A stretch of 64,000 nt of DNA from an uncultured SAR86 cluster bacterium (GCA_902559885.1 CACEJU010000001.1:27385-91384), one strand, 5' to 3'. Shown: positions 38,742-49,122, numbered from the stretch's first letter. Notes: generated from the letters alone by a model not told the origin. A program made the numbers and translations.

Positions 38742-39799
38742 TGTCAGTATCAACTGATAAAAATTTTAAGAGTAAGCTTTCAAAGCTTAAGGCATGGTTA
38801 ATAGAAATTTATGGTGATTGCGAGATTATTCCGCATGCGAACTCCATTGCTTCAGGTTTTTCTAACGAAACATTTGTGTTTGATGTTAGTGGAGAAAATG
38901 TAACTGAGAGTTTTGTACTAAGGCTTCGCCCAACTGGCTATCAAGTTTTTCCAGATTATGATTTAAAACAACAAGCCTCGATAATGAAGCTCTTAAGATC
39001 AAAAGGACTACCTACACCTGAAATAATATTTGAAAATTACAATGATGATATTTTAGGCTCAGAATTTTATATTATGAGATGTATTGATGGAGAAGCGCCC
39101 TCTGATAATCCACCACACCACATGGACCCAAATGGAATGATGGGAAGGGGTTCTCCAGATCAAAGATTTTCAGTCTGGTCAGAATGGGTAAAGAATCTAA
39201 CTGAATTACATAGCCTAGATCTTACGCCTAATGAACTCCTAGAATGTGGCTTTAAAAAAGAAGATAATCTGCTCACCAAAGATTTAGATTACTATAAAAA
39301 ATTTCTAGATTGGGGTATGGAAAACCAAGAACATCCTGCCTGCTCAGAGGCTTATGAATGGTTAGTTGCTAATAAACCAAGCATACAGAAAACAACCTTA
39401 TGCTGGGGTGATTCAAGAATTGGTAATGTCTTGTATAAAAATTACAAAGCTACGGCTCTGCTTGATTGGGAAATGGCAGGGCTTGGAGATCCGTTGATGG
39501 ATCTTGCATGGGGTTTTGCAGTAGATGAATGCAATAGTTTAGGCTTAGGTGCTCCTAGGCTTGATGGATCTATGGCTCAAAGCAAAGGAGTTGAAATATG
39601 GGAGAGCAAAACTGGCTTATCAGCGAATAATATAAACTACTTTAGAATTTTAGCTCTATTTAAATTTTCAGTAATAATGGTAAGGGTTGGTAAAAGATTA
39701 ATATTTAATAAAATTATGCCTCTTGACTCGGATTTTCATATAAATAATTTTACAACTGAGTATTTAACCAATGAACTTGCAAAAGTTAGAAATCTTTAA
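38741..39799 (+). CDS. APH-fold phosphotransferase family protein (the type usually linked to acyl-CoA dehydrogenases)
   Basis: The N-lobe reads SGFSNETFVFDV...FVLRLRP. The catalytic loop is WGDSRIGNVLY and the metal-binding segment is LLDWEMAGLGDPLMDLAW. Confidence 0.85.
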   Translation: MSVSTDKNFKSKLSKLKAWLIEIYGDCEIIPHANSIASGFSNETFVFDVSGENVTESFVLRLRPTGYQVFPDYDLKQQASIMKLLRSKGLPTPEIIFENYNDDILGSEFYIMRCIDGEAPSDNPPHHMDPNGMMGRGSPDQRFSVWSEWVKNLTELHSLDLTPNELLECGFKKEDNLLTKDLDYYKKFLDWGMENQEHPACSEAYEWLVANKPSIQKTTLCWGDSRIGNVLYKNYKATALLDWEMAGLGDPLMDLAWGFAVDECNSLGLGAPRLDGSMAQSKGVEIWESKTGLSANNINYFRILALFKFSVIMVRVGKRLIFNKIMPLDSDFHINNFTTEYLTNELAKVRNL

Positions 39800-40440
39800 T
39801 TGATGCTTGTAATAGACTGATAGGTCAAAGACAGCCTGGAAGTATCAAAAGGTGGTCTAAAATATCCATATAAATTTGCTTCAGGGTCTATCAATATAAT
39901 GTTGTTTACATGGTTGTCTAGGTGTTTATTAGAATGATCATTATGATTTGGCATCATATTGTTTATTGCTAGCTGGGTACCAAGACTTAATAACATGGGC
40001 CTCTCGCCTCTGACGCCTATAAAATTTTTATTAAACCCTTTTGCGTAATTATCAATGTCTTCTGGTGAGTCTCTTTCTGGGTCTATAGTCACTAGAACCC
40101 ACTGCTTGTCATTAAGCTTGTAATTTTTTTCATCAAGAACATTAAAAAGTTTTTTAAGCTCGAACATGGTTGTTGGGCACTCATCCGGACATCTTGAAAA
40201 TCCAAAATACATAACTGTCCACTTTCCATATAAATCAGTTTTGGTAAAAGGCTTATCGCCTGATGTGAAAAGTTCAAAATCTGAAATAGGTTTTGGTTCT
40301 TGTAGCATATAAAAACCATTTGATAGCAGCTCACTTGCTGAAAGCACTCTCGGAGTTGTTAATTTATTTACAAATAAAAACATAACAGTTGATATAAATA
40401 GAGCTATTAAGAATAGATTTATTTTTATATTTTTTTTCAT
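39796..40440 (-). CDS. SCO1/SenC copper chaperone
   Basis: A TM anchor is followed by a thioredoxin fold with the copper site FSRCPDECP and a distal His (HVNNIILIDP). It is the last gene of the cox assembly cluster. Confidence 0.9.
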   Translation of the reverse strand: MKKNIKINLFLIALFISTVMFLFVNKLTTPRVLSASELLSNGFYMLQEPKPISDFELFTSGDKPFTKTDLYGKWTVMYFGFSRCPDECPTTMFELKKLFNVLDEKNYKLNDKQWVLVTIDPERDSPEDIDNYAKGFNKNFIGVRGERPMLLSLGTQLAINNMMPNHNDHSNKHLDNHVNNIILIDPEANLYGYFRPPFDTSRLSLTYQSITSIN

Positions 40441-40442
40441 AA

Positions 40443-41312
40443 TTAGGTTAGATAGTGATCGATTAAAAGGGCTGCGAAAATCAAAAAAATGTAATAAATT
40501 GAGTAATTAAAAGTATCCATAGCCACTTTTTCTTCGGAAGAATAAAATAGCTTTAAAGAGTAATACAAAAAAATAACTCCAAGCACTAGAGCTGAAACTA
40601 AATATATGTATCCCGACATTAGAACTATGAAAGGTAATATGCTCACTAACAATAATATAATTGTATAAAGTATTATTTGTAATTTGGTGAATTCAACTCC
40701 ATGAGTTACCGGCATCATTGGTATAGATTCCTTTGCGTACTCCTCTCGTCTATATATTGCCAAAGCCCAAAAATGTGGTGGTGTCCAAATGAATATAATT
40801 AAGACAAGCAAAAGTGCATATGGATCAATTGTATTAGTAACGGATGACCAGCCTAGTAGAGGTGGTGCAGCTCCTGCTAAACCCCCAATAACAATATTTT
40901 GAGGCGTGGCCCTCTTTAAATAAATAGTATAAATAAACGCATACCCAACAAGCGAGGCTAAGGTCAGATACATGGTTAAAGGATTGATATAAAAATAAAG
41001 AACCAAGGAACCAAGCAAGCCTATTATAAAGGCAAAGAATGCTGCATTAGTTGCTGATATTTCACCTTGAGGCAGAGGCCTCTTGTCAGTTCTTTTCATA
41101 GAAGCATCAACATTTCTATCAATAATCTGATTTACAGCTGCTGCAGATCCTGCACATAAGCCTATTCCCAATAGTGAACCAAATATTAAAGATACACTTG
41201 GAACAGTATCACTAGCTAAAAGAATCCCAACAAGAGCAGTAACTAACATCATATAAACCACATTTGGTTTACAAAGCTGATAGTAGCTCTTTATTCTATT
41301 CATTTTTTCCAA
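40443..41312 (-). CDS. cyoE: protohaem IX farnesyltransferase (haem O synthase)
   Basis: The UbiA-family motif NQIIDRNVDASMKRTDKRPL is present in a polytopic membrane protein of 289 aa. Confidence 0.95.
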   Translation of the reverse strand: MEKMNRIKSYYQLCKPNVVYMMLVTALVGILLASDTVPSVSLIFGSLLGIGLCAGSAAAVNQIIDRNVDASMKRTDKRPLPQGEISATNAAFFAFIIGLLGSLVLYFYINPLTMYLTLASLVGYAFIYTIYLKRATPQNIVIGGLAGAAPPLLGWSSVTNTIDPYALLLVLIIFIWTPPHFWALAIYRREEYAKESIPMMPVTHGVEFTKLQIILYTIILLLVSILPFIVLMSGYIYLVSALVLGVIFLYYSLKLFYSSEEKVAMDTFNYSIYYIFLIFAALLIDHYLT

Positions 41313-42274
41313 GCCAAATAATTAACTGTTATTGTTGCTACAAGCAAAGCAGCGGCAACTAAATTGTGAGCAATAGCTACATACAAAGGCAAAATATATA
41401 TAACATTAATTATTCCAAGTGAAATTTGAGTTAATAGCAGTATGCCTAGGGTTGATGCCATTGGCGCAGCATTAGAAAACCATAACTTAGATATTAAGAT
41501 TAAAAAAACTATTGAAACAATTATTGCTGAAACTCTATGAGAGTAATGAATGGTTACTCTGGCATCATTATCAAGCAATCCGTATAAGTAATTTGGACCA
41601 ACTTCCTGCCAAATATTAAAAGCATTTTTAAAATCAGTATCAGGGAAAAAAGTGCCCTGACAAGTTGGGAAATCAACGCAAGCTAGTGATGCATAATTGG
41701 TGCTAGTCCAAACACCGAGAAAAATTTGAAAAATTAAAAAAATAAACGCAACAAAAGATATCTTTTTAAGTTCTGGTACCCTCATGCTATTAACTAGTTC
41801 AAAATTACCTGCTTTAAGAAAAATAAAAAAGAATAAACACAGAGTTGTAAATCCACCAAATAAATGAAGCGTAACTATTATTGGGAGCAGCTTTAAGCTC
41901 ACTGTTAAATAGCCAAATAACCCTTGGCAACAAATAAATATAAGCAGGCCTAAGGACCACCATTTAAGATTTCCAGAATCTTTTGCTCTAAAAGAAATAA
42001 CCGTTAATGCAATTGCAAATAGCCCTAAAACTGCTGCAAAATATCTATGAACAACCTCTGGTATGGCCTTGTTAATATCGTAAGGAAATTCTGGGAAACG
42101 GCTTTCAGCTAGAGCAACCTCAGCTTCAGTTGTAGGAAATACTACAAAACCATAACAACCGGGCCAATCTGGGCACCCTAATCCAGCATCTACTAATCTC
42201 GTCCATGCTCCAAGAGCAATAACAACAAATGCAAAAAGAAAACCAAATAATGAAATATTTCTTATATTAGTCAT
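41300..42274 (-). CDS. ctaA: haem A synthase (COX15/CtaA)
   Basis: The polytopic protein has conserved His contexts VHRYFA, LHLFGG, HYSHRV and IAHNL, plus a CPDWPGC loop. It is adjacent to cyoE. Confidence 0.9.
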   Translation of the reverse strand: MTNIRNISLFGFLFAFVVIALGAWTRLVDAGLGCPDWPGCYGFVVFPTTEAEVALAESRFPEFPYDINKAIPEVVHRYFAAVLGLFAIALTVISFRAKDSGNLKWWSLGLLIFICCQGLFGYLTVSLKLLPIIVTLHLFGGFTTLCLFFFIFLKAGNFELVNSMRVPELKKISFVAFIFLIFQIFLGVWTSTNYASLACVDFPTCQGTFFPDTDFKNAFNIWQEVGPNYLYGLLDNDARVTIHYSHRVSAIIVSIVFLILISKLWFSNAAPMASTLGILLLTQISLGIINVIYILPLYVAIAHNLVAAALLVATITVNYLAWKK

Positions 42275-42823
42275 TTATATCAACACCTTTAAGTCTTTTA
42301 AAATTAATTTAGGATCAAGCTCCTGATCAAAATACATTACAGCTCTGCCATATGGGTCTATTAAAAATATGGGGTTTGTTTCATTTAAATCAATTCTTGA
42401 ATTTTTTTGAAGTACGTTTAACAAAACACCGCTCTCATCTCTAAATATATCAACCCTTGGGTAATCATTTCTTATTGTATTAAGATCTGATTCAAGGTTT
42501 ACGTCGGAATAAAATGCTAATCTTTTAACTCTGTATATGTCCCTATTTAGAGCAACATTAAGCTGACGCATCAAATACAAAGATTTATCCGCTTTTGTTT
42601 TTTCTGTTATGTAAACCGCCAATACCCACTTGCCATCATCAAAGCTCAATTGTGATGCGTCATTAGAAATTTTAATATTTTCAAAAGAAAAATATTGATT
42701 AAAAAAAACACCATTATTTTTTGTTGCGTCAGGCTTATAACCAAAATAAAAATATAATGATGACGTAGTAATAACTAGTATCGGTGTTAGTAATATAAAT
42801 GTTAAAAATAATTTATTCTTCAT
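42275..42823 (-). CDS. membrane-anchored SCO/thioredoxin-like protein with no Cys or His (cox-cluster hypothetical)
   Basis: An N-terminal TM segment is present. GKWVLAVYITEKTKADKS...IFLIDPYGRAVMYF parallels the SCO protein in this window, GKWTVMYFGFSRCPDECP...IILIDPEANLYGYF. The protein contains no Cys and no His. Confidence 0.6.
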   Translation of the reverse strand: MKNKLFLTFILLTPILVITTSSLYFYFGYKPDATKNNGVFFNQYFSFENIKISNDASQLSFDDGKWVLAVYITEKTKADKSLYLMRQLNVALNRDIYRVKRLAFYSDVNLESDLNTIRNDYPRVDIFRDESGVLLNVLQKNSRIDLNETNPIFLIDPYGRAVMYFDQELDPKLILKDLKVLI

Positions 42824-43511
42824 TTTTAAAGCTCGTTAAAATAAACATAAATGTTAAAACTAAAAACATGGTAAACCACTGTGAGGCATATCCATAATGC
42901 TTTGATGGCAATATATTGGTTGGAATAATTTCAATATACTCTAGGCTATCAATCATAAGAGGATCGGCTAAGAAGATAAAATCATAAAATTCTATTTCTA
43001 GACCTTTTTCAATAGCTTCAATATTACTTGATTGACTTAGATAGGGTTTTGTTTTGGTTATAATCTCATCGCCAAGTACAAGTCCTAGCTCTGGTGAAAC
43101 TAATATACCTGCTACTTCGAAATCCATTTTTGAAATTGAGACATCAGGGAGCACTTCTCTGGAGGTTTCTCTCTGTACCCAACCTCTGTCAACTAAGATT
43201 GGTTCGTTTATACCCTCAACTTTTGCAGGAGTTAAAACTTTATATCCAGGTATACCTTTTAAAATTACATTGTCGATATAGATATTAAAACTATCAAAGA
43301 ACTCTCCAGAAAGCTTAACCCTATCCCATTTTTTTGGCTCATCATTTATTGCTGAAGCTTCTGCTTTGGATCTTGTTTCAAATTGTTGAAGAAGCTCTGT
43401 CTTGCTTATGCCTCTTTCTATTTGCCAAAACCCTAAAGCAATAAATACTATAGAAAAGAACACATAAAAAATTAAAATTTTTAAATTAGGTTTAAAAGTT
43501 TTCTTGTTCAT
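42813..43511 (-). CDS. SURF1-family cytochrome oxidase assembly protein
   Basis: The N-terminal TM segment with LGFWQIERG and the C-terminal YASQWF followed by a TM segment form the typical SURF1 architecture. Confidence 0.88.
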   Translation of the reverse strand: MNKKTFKPNLKILIFYVFFSIVFIALGFWQIERGISKTELLQQFETRSKAEASAINDEPKKWDRVKLSGEFFDSFNIYIDNVILKGIPGYKVLTPAKVEGINEPILVDRGWVQRETSREVLPDVSISKMDFEVAGILVSPELGLVLGDEIITKTKPYLSQSSNIEAIEKGLEIEFYDFIFLADPLMIDSLEYIEIIPTNILPSKHYGYASQWFTMFLVLTFMFILTSFKNEE

Positions 43512-43536
43512 AACAATTATGAATTAAAATATAAAG

Positions 43537-43746
43537 ATGCTTAGAACTTTAATTGCTGTTGTCATTATACTTATATTCATTTCATTAATATCTAGCTTGG
43601 TATTTCTTCTTAAAGATCAAGGTAAAAAAGATAGCAAAAGAACAGTTTACGGATTAGGCGTAAGAATCTCTTTGGCTGTTATTTTAATTATCTTGGTAGC
43701 TTATGGTCTTTATACAGGGGAGCTTGGTAACTCAGTTCCTTGGTAA
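43537..43746 (+). CDS. two-TM small membrane protein (DUF2909-like), embedded in the cox cluster on the opposite strand
   Basis: The 69-aa protein has two hydrophobic helices separated by a basic loop KDQGKKDSKR. It occupies the same position as the small DUF2909 gene in pseudomonad cox clusters. Confidence 0.6.
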   Translation: MLRTLIAVVIILIFISLISSLVFLLKDQGKKDSKRTVYGLGVRISLAVILIILVAYGLYTGELGNSVPW

Positions 43747-44661
43747 TTAAAGAATATAAACAAATAAAAATAGCATTACCCATACTACATCAACGAAGTG
43801 CCAATACCATGATGCAGCTTCAAAACCAAAATGATCATGATCTTCAAAATGATTAAAAAATACTGATCTGCAAAGCATAACGCTAAGCATTACGCCACCC
43901 ATCATCACATGGAATCCATGGAAACCGGTTAGCATAAAGAAAGTTGATCCGTATATGCCTGAATTAAGTGTTAAACCGTAATGAGCATATGCTTCATAAT
44001 ACTCAGCTGCTTGAAGTCCTACAAATATTAAAGCAAGGCCAACAGTGGCACCCAGCCATCTATTGAATTTTTTTCTATTACCATTTTTTAAACCAAGGTG
44101 AGCAATATGAACTGTTACGCTTGAAGATAATAGAACTATTGTGTTCCATAACGGCAGCCATTGGAGTACATTTGACCATCCTGGCCAAGCCATGGATTTA
44201 TCAGCCATAGCAAATGCTGCATTTTGGTCTGGGGTAGCAATTAATGGCCAAGAAGCTTCAAATCCATTCCATAAATCAACAGCAGCAATTTGAGAGCCTT
44301 TTTCTCCTATACCGCCTAGCCACGGAACTGCAAAACTTCTGACATAAAATAATGCTCCAAAAAAAGCTGCAAAAAACATGACTTCAGAAAAAATGAACCA
44401 TGCCATGCCGTAAACGTAAGATTTTTTTAACTGAGCGCTATCAAGGCCTGCTAAATGCTCTTGTACAACTTTCCTAAACCAAAAGAACAATGTGGCAATG
44501 AGTGAAGCAAATCCTGCGTATAAAATATAAGATGATTTACTTCCTTCAACACCTAAATTATTGATGGTGCTAGATGCTCCCATTACTAATAAAAATAATG
44601 ATACCGCTGCAAAAATAGGTAACCTACTTTGCTCAGGAACATAATAATTCTCAGTGCTCAT
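43747..44661 (-). CDS. coxC: cytochrome c oxidase subunit III
   Basis: The seven-TM protein has TGFHGFHVMMG and a C-terminal WYWHFVDVVW block. Confidence 0.95.
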   Translation of the reverse strand: MSTENYYVPEQSRLPIFAAVSLFLLVMGASSTINNLGVEGSKSSYILYAGFASLIATLFFWFRKVVQEHLAGLDSAQLKKSYVYGMAWFIFSEVMFFAAFFGALFYVRSFAVPWLGGIGEKGSQIAAVDLWNGFEASWPLIATPDQNAAFAMADKSMAWPGWSNVLQWLPLWNTIVLLSSSVTVHIAHLGLKNGNRKKFNRWLGATVGLALIFVGLQAAEYYEAYAHYGLTLNSGIYGSTFFMLTGFHGFHVMMGGVMLSVMLCRSVFFNHFEDHDHFGFEAASWYWHFVDVVWVMLFLFVYIL

Positions 44662-44664
44662 TTT

Positions 44665-45219
44665 TTACTCCATACCCATGTTATGATGGGCTAAATCCTC
44701 GTTATTATAATCAGTAATGTCAAAAATAGTATATGACATTACGATGCTATTTATTGAATCAGGTAAATCGTTTGAAACCAAAAGCCTAACTGGTAGGTAT
44801 GCTTCTTCACCTGGCTCTAAAACTTGTTGCTCAAAACAAAAACATTCTAATTTTTTTAGGTAATCGGCAGCATTAGATGGTGCAACGCTTGGTACTGCCT
44901 GTGATGTCATGGTTTTGTTGGTAGTATTTTTAACGTAAAAGGTTGTGGTGTAGTATTTTCCCGTTTCAATCTTCATAGATTTTTCAGAAGGATTGAATAC
45001 CCATGGCATGTTTTCATTATTTGATGAAATAAACTGGAGGGCAAGGGGTCTGCTTTCCCCTTCTATAGATACTTCAGACTCGCTGGCTTGGAAAACTTTT
45101 CCATTTAATCCGGTTACTTCACAAAAAACATTATATAAAGGCACTAATGCAAAAGAGAAAAAAAACATCCCAACAACAGCTCCTATTAAGAGCTTTAATG
45201 TTTTATTCTTGCCTTGCAC
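44665..45219 (-). CDS. ctaG: cytochrome c oxidase assembly protein CtaG/Cox11
   Basis: A TM anchor is followed by the copper motif in LECFCFEQQVLEPGE. Confidence 0.93.
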   Translation of the reverse strand: MQGKNKTLKLLIGAVVGMFFFSFALVPLYNVFCEVTGLNGKVFQASESEVSIEGESRPLALQFISSNNENMPWVFNPSEKSMKIETGKYYTTTFYVKNTTNKTMTSQAVPSVAPSNAADYLKKLECFCFEQQVLEPGEEAYLPVRLLVSNDLPDSINSIVMSYTIFDITDYNNEDLAHHNMGME

Positions 45220-46803
45220 TTAATCTACCTTAGGTGGTGTTGAAAATGTATGATACGGAGCAGGTGATGCGACTGTCCACTCAAGTCCTCTTGCGCCTTC
45301 CCATACTTGATCAGTAGCCTTCTTGCCACCAATAACTGTTTTGAGAACTATAAATAAAAATAATATTTGTGAAACACCAAATAAAAAGGCTCCAACTGTT
45401 GATACCATATTCCAATCAGCAAACTGTAATGCATAGTCTGGATATCTTCTTGGCATTCCTGCTAATCCAATAAAGTGCTGCGGGAAGAAAGTAACATTAA
45501 CACTAATAAATGATAGCCAAAAATGTAACTGGCCAAGTCTCTCGTCATACATATTTCCAGTCCATTTAGGTATCCAATAATAAACAGCTGCCATAATAGA
45601 AAATATAGCTCCTGGAACTAAAACATAATGGAAATGGGCAACAACAAAATATGTATCATGATACTGAAAATCTGCTGGAACAATAGCTAGCATCAACCCA
45701 GAAAATCCACCTATTGTAAAAAGGACAACAAAGGCACATGCAAATAACATTGGTGTCTCATAAGTGATTGAACCTTTAAACATTGTGGTAACCCAGTTAA
45801 AAACCTTTACCCCTGTTGGAACAGCTATAAGCATTGTTGCCCACATGAAAAATAATTCAGCAGCCAAAGGCATTCCTACAGTAAACATATGATGGGCCCA
45901 AACAACAAAAGACAATATCGCAATTGACAGCATTGCCCAAACCATGGATGTGTATCCAAATAGAGGCTTTCTTGCAAATGTTTCAATGATATGAGAAACA
46001 ATTCCAAAGGCCGGAAGGATCATTATATAAACTTCAGGATGGCCAAAAAACCAGAAGATATGCTGAAATAAAACAGGATCTCCACCACCAGCCGCATTAA
46101 AGAAGCTTGTACCAAAGTGGATATCCATAAGCATCATTGTTACGGCTCCAGCCAATACTGGCATTACAGCAATTAATAAATAAGCTGTTATTAACCATGA
46201 CCAAACAAATAAAGGCATTTTCATTAAAGTAATGCCTGGTGCTCTCATGTTCATTATCGTAACAATAACGTTAATGGCTCCCATAATTGAAGAAGCTCCC
46301 ATGATATGTACTGAAAATATAAAGAAGGTAACACTAGGCGGCGCGTATGTAGTAGAAAGAGGTGCATAAAAAGTCCAACCAAAGTTTGGAGCTCCTCCTT
46401 CCATAAATAGAGACGACAGTAATACAAAAAATGCAAATGGCAAAATCCAAAAACTTAAATTATTCATTCTAGGCAGTGCCATATCAGGCGCACCAATCAT
46501 CATAGGCACAAGCCAGTTAGCTAAACCAACAAAAGCTGGCATAACGCCACCAAAGATCATTATTAATCCATGCAAAGTAATCATTTGGTTGTAGAATTCT
46601 GGTTCTACTATTTGCATACCTGGCTCAAACAACTCAGCTCTAATAACCATTGCCATTGCTCCGCCTATTAAGAACATAGCAAAACTAAACCAAAGATATA
46701 AAGTACCTATATCTTTATGGTTTGTTGTATATAGCCAACGAGTTAATCCCTTTGCAGGGCCATGATGATGTTCGTCGTGATGATTTTCTATTACTGCACT
46801 CAT
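45220..46803 (-). CDS. coxA: cytochrome c oxidase subunit I (aa3 type)
   Basis: The [16 protein letters not shown] and HFHYV blocks are present. The length is 527 aa. Confidence 0.98.
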   Translation of the reverse strand: MSAVIENHHDEHHHGPAKGLTRWLYTTNHKDIGTLYLWFSFAMFLIGGAMAMVIRAELFEPGMQIVEPEFYNQMITLHGLIMIFGGVMPAFVGLANWLVPMMIGAPDMALPRMNNLSFWILPFAFFVLLSSLFMEGGAPNFGWTFYAPLSTTYAPPSVTFFIFSVHIMGASSIMGAINVIVTIMNMRAPGITLMKMPLFVWSWLITAYLLIAVMPVLAGAVTMMLMDIHFGTSFFNAAGGGDPVLFQHIFWFFGHPEVYIMILPAFGIVSHIIETFARKPLFGYTSMVWAMLSIAILSFVVWAHHMFTVGMPLAAELFFMWATMLIAVPTGVKVFNWVTTMFKGSITYETPMLFACAFVVLFTIGGFSGLMLAIVPADFQYHDTYFVVAHFHYVLVPGAIFSIMAAVYYWIPKWTGNMYDERLGQLHFWLSFISVNVTFFPQHFIGLAGMPRRYPDYALQFADWNMVSTVGAFLFGVSQILFLFIVLKTVIGGKKATDQVWEGARGLEWTVASPAPYHTFSTPPKVD

Positions 46804-46817
46804 TTTCTAACCTCTAA

Positions 46818-47978
46818 TTAAATTTTTGGTTTTTTATAATCTACGATGTCTTTTGGTAATACTATTTCTCCGTCACCGTTCTCTGCATTACCCCATGCTT
46901 GACGCGTATAAGTTATAACAGCTGCAAGCTCTACTTCTGATAAATAGTCAAAAGAATTCATTGCTGCACCTTGAACTCCTTCCATTAAAATTTCTATATT
47001 TCTTTCTTTATCATTCATAACAATGTCACTACCAGCTAACGCAGGAAAAATACCTGGTATTCCTTGACCATTAACCTGATGGCAGGCAACACAATTAACT
47101 TGATAAACCCCTTCACCTCTCGCACTAAGCTCTTCAGCTGTCCAATCTTTTTCTGTTAGTTCTGCTAATTTATATGCTTCTTCTTTTTTTGCATTTACCC
47201 ACGAATCATACTCATCCTGCTCAACAACCTTTACAACAACGGGCATAAAACCATGATTCTTTCCGCAAAGCTCAGTACATTTACCTCTATATATACCTGG
47301 CTTATCTACGACCGTCCATGCTGTATTAACAAACCCAGGAATTGCATCTTGCTTAATAGCAAAATCAGGCACCCACCAAGAATGAATTACATCATTAGCT
47401 GTTATTAGAAATCTTACTCTTTTGCCAGCTGGGATTACTACAGGTTCATCAACCTCTTGTAAGTAAAATTCACCTTTAGGTACTAAGTTATATATCTCGT
47501 CTAGATCAGTGCTTAAATTAGAGAAAAAACTAATATCATCTTCAAGGTACTCATACTGCCACTTCCATTGATAACCAGTAACATGAATATTAATATCTCC
47601 TTCCTCATCATCATATATTTTGATTAGTGTTTGTGATGCTGGAATTGCCATAAAAATTAGAATAAGGAAAGGAACTACAGTCCATGCAATTTCAAGCTTT
47701 GTGCTTTCATGGAAGTCAGAAGGTTCTGGGTTTTTCTTTTTGGTAAATCTCCACATTGAGTAAAACATCACACCAAAAACGATTACACCAATTACCACAC
47801 ATATCCAAAAAATAAGCATATGCAGCTCAAAAACTTCTTCACTAACAGCAGTCGATCCTCTAGTCATATTAAGAGCGAACCAGTCAGCATTTAAATTGTT
47901 GCTAAAAATTGCAACAAAAAAAGCTGAAGTTGTAATAATGAGTTTATTGATTGATCTTTTCAAAATCTGAAGCATCAT
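46818..47978 (-). CDS. coxB: cytochrome c oxidase subunit II with a fused C-terminal cytochrome c domain
   Basis: The CuA site is CTELCGKNHGFM, preceded by HSWWVP. The C-terminal haem site is CVACHQ. Confidence 0.96.
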   Translation of the reverse strand: MMLQILKRSINKLIITTSAFFVAIFSNNLNADWFALNMTRGSTAVSEEVFELHMLIFWICVVIGVIVFGVMFYSMWRFTKKKNPEPSDFHESTKLEIAWTVVPFLILIFMAIPASQTLIKIYDDEEGDINIHVTGYQWKWQYEYLEDDISFFSNLSTDLDEIYNLVPKGEFYLQEVDEPVVIPAGKRVRFLITANDVIHSWWVPDFAIKQDAIPGFVNTAWTVVDKPGIYRGKCTELCGKNHGFMPVVVKVVEQDEYDSWVNAKKEEAYKLAELTEKDWTAEELSARGEGVYQVNCVACHQVNGQGIPGIFPALAGSDIVMNDKERNIEILMEGVQGAAMNSFDYLSEVELAAVITYTRQAWGNAENGDGEIVLPKDIVDYKKPKI

Positions 47979-48104
47979 AAGTTCCTTAAACTAAATGAAA
48001 TGTAAAATAAAAAATAATGATATCTAATTATATAATATTTTTATATTTAATCCAAAATATTAGGTAAATTTCGCGCCTATAATAGCCGAGACTAAGAAGA
48101 AATT

Positions 48105-48308
48105 CTACTTTTTATCTTTTAAATAATCTTTGATATTAATTACTTTAATTTCATCCATTTGAGGTGATTTTTTTTCTTGAGGTTTTTCTTCTTTGTATGA
48201 ACATTTAACACAATAAATTGTTGTTCCCTCAGGGGTCAAGGCAACTGTATCCTTTGATTTACATTCAGGACATATAGCCCCTGCAATAAATGTTATGAAC
48301 TTACTCAT
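48105..48308 (-). CDS. yheV: YheV-family putative zinc-ribbon protein
   Basis: FIAGAICPECKSKD ... YCVKCSY parallels E. coli YheV FIAGAKCPACQAQD ... ECVKCGH. Confidence 0.8.
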   Translation of the reverse strand: MSKFITFIAGAICPECKSKDTVALTPEGTTIYCVKCSYKEEKPQEKKSPQMDEIKVINIKDYLKDKK

Positions 48309-49122
48309 CTCTTCTCATTTGATCCAATTCATCATATATGTTTTGGGTTTGCGGAAATATATCAAACCATAACTTGAAAGAATGTGCTGCTTGCATAATA
48401 AGCATTCCAGTACCATCAAAAACATTTTTAGCTTTATATTCTGATAGAGCCCATTCATAGAATGGAGTCCCTTTTAAAGAGTAATTTAGATCATAAAAAA
48501 AACAATCTTCATGAGTGTTAATGTAATCAGGTTTAATAAAATCTCCAGTAATTCCTGCAGAAGAGCCATTTATTACAATATCTATCTTTTCCCCATCATA
48601 ACTCTTAATATTTACTAATTTTGAATACTTAGTTACCAGCTTGTCTGCTTTTTCAATTGTTCTATTTGTTATATATATGCTTGAAGGCAATTCTTTTTCT
48701 AAGGAAAAGATTATGCTCTCAATTACACCGCCAGCACCAATAAGTAAAATATTTTTATTGTTTAAAGAAATTGATTTCTTTTTTAAATCTTCTATTAATC
48801 CAATACCATCGGTTGATGAGAGCATTAAATTATTTTTGGATTTGATAATAGTATTCCCGGCTTCAAGAATATTAACTTCTTCAGTAACAGGCTCTAGCAA
48901 GCTGAACACATTTTTCTTATGAGGCAAAGTAACATTTAGTCCTATAGAGTCTTTGTCTAAAAAAAATTCTTTAATAAATGCTTCTAGATTATCTGTTGTA
49001 ACTTTATAAGGCCTATAGTCAATATTTATTTTCTCTGTTCGAGCAAACCTAGAATGAATAAAAGGTGATAAAGAATGCTCTATTGGATTGCCAATTACTC
49101 CAAGCTTATGAATTTTAGACAT
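48301..49122 (-). CDS. aroE: shikimate dehydrogenase
   Basis: The GVIGNPIEHSLSP, NVTLPHK and GAGGV blocks are present. Confidence 0.93.
   Translation of the reverse strand: MSKIHKLGVIGNPIEHSLSPFIHSRFARTEKINIDYRPYKVTTDNLEAFIKEFFLDKDSIGLNVTLPHKKNVFSLLEPVTEEVNILEAGNTIIKSKNNLMLSSTDGIGLIEDLKKKSISLNNKNILLIGAGGVIESIIFSLEKELPSSIYITNRTIEKADKLVTKYSKLVNIKSYDGEKIDIVINGSSAGITGDFIKPDYINTHEDCFFYDLNYSLKGTPFYEWALSEYKAKNVFDGTGMLIMQAAHSFKLWFDIFPQTQNIYDELDQMRRDE

Noticed and set aside
48027-48055. A sigma70-like promoter on the minus strand upstream of coxB, TTGGAT-17 nt-TATAAT.
   Set aside because: The -10 is perfect, but in DNA this AT-rich such hexamers arise by chance and the -35 is weak. It is not reported as a feature without transcript-start data.
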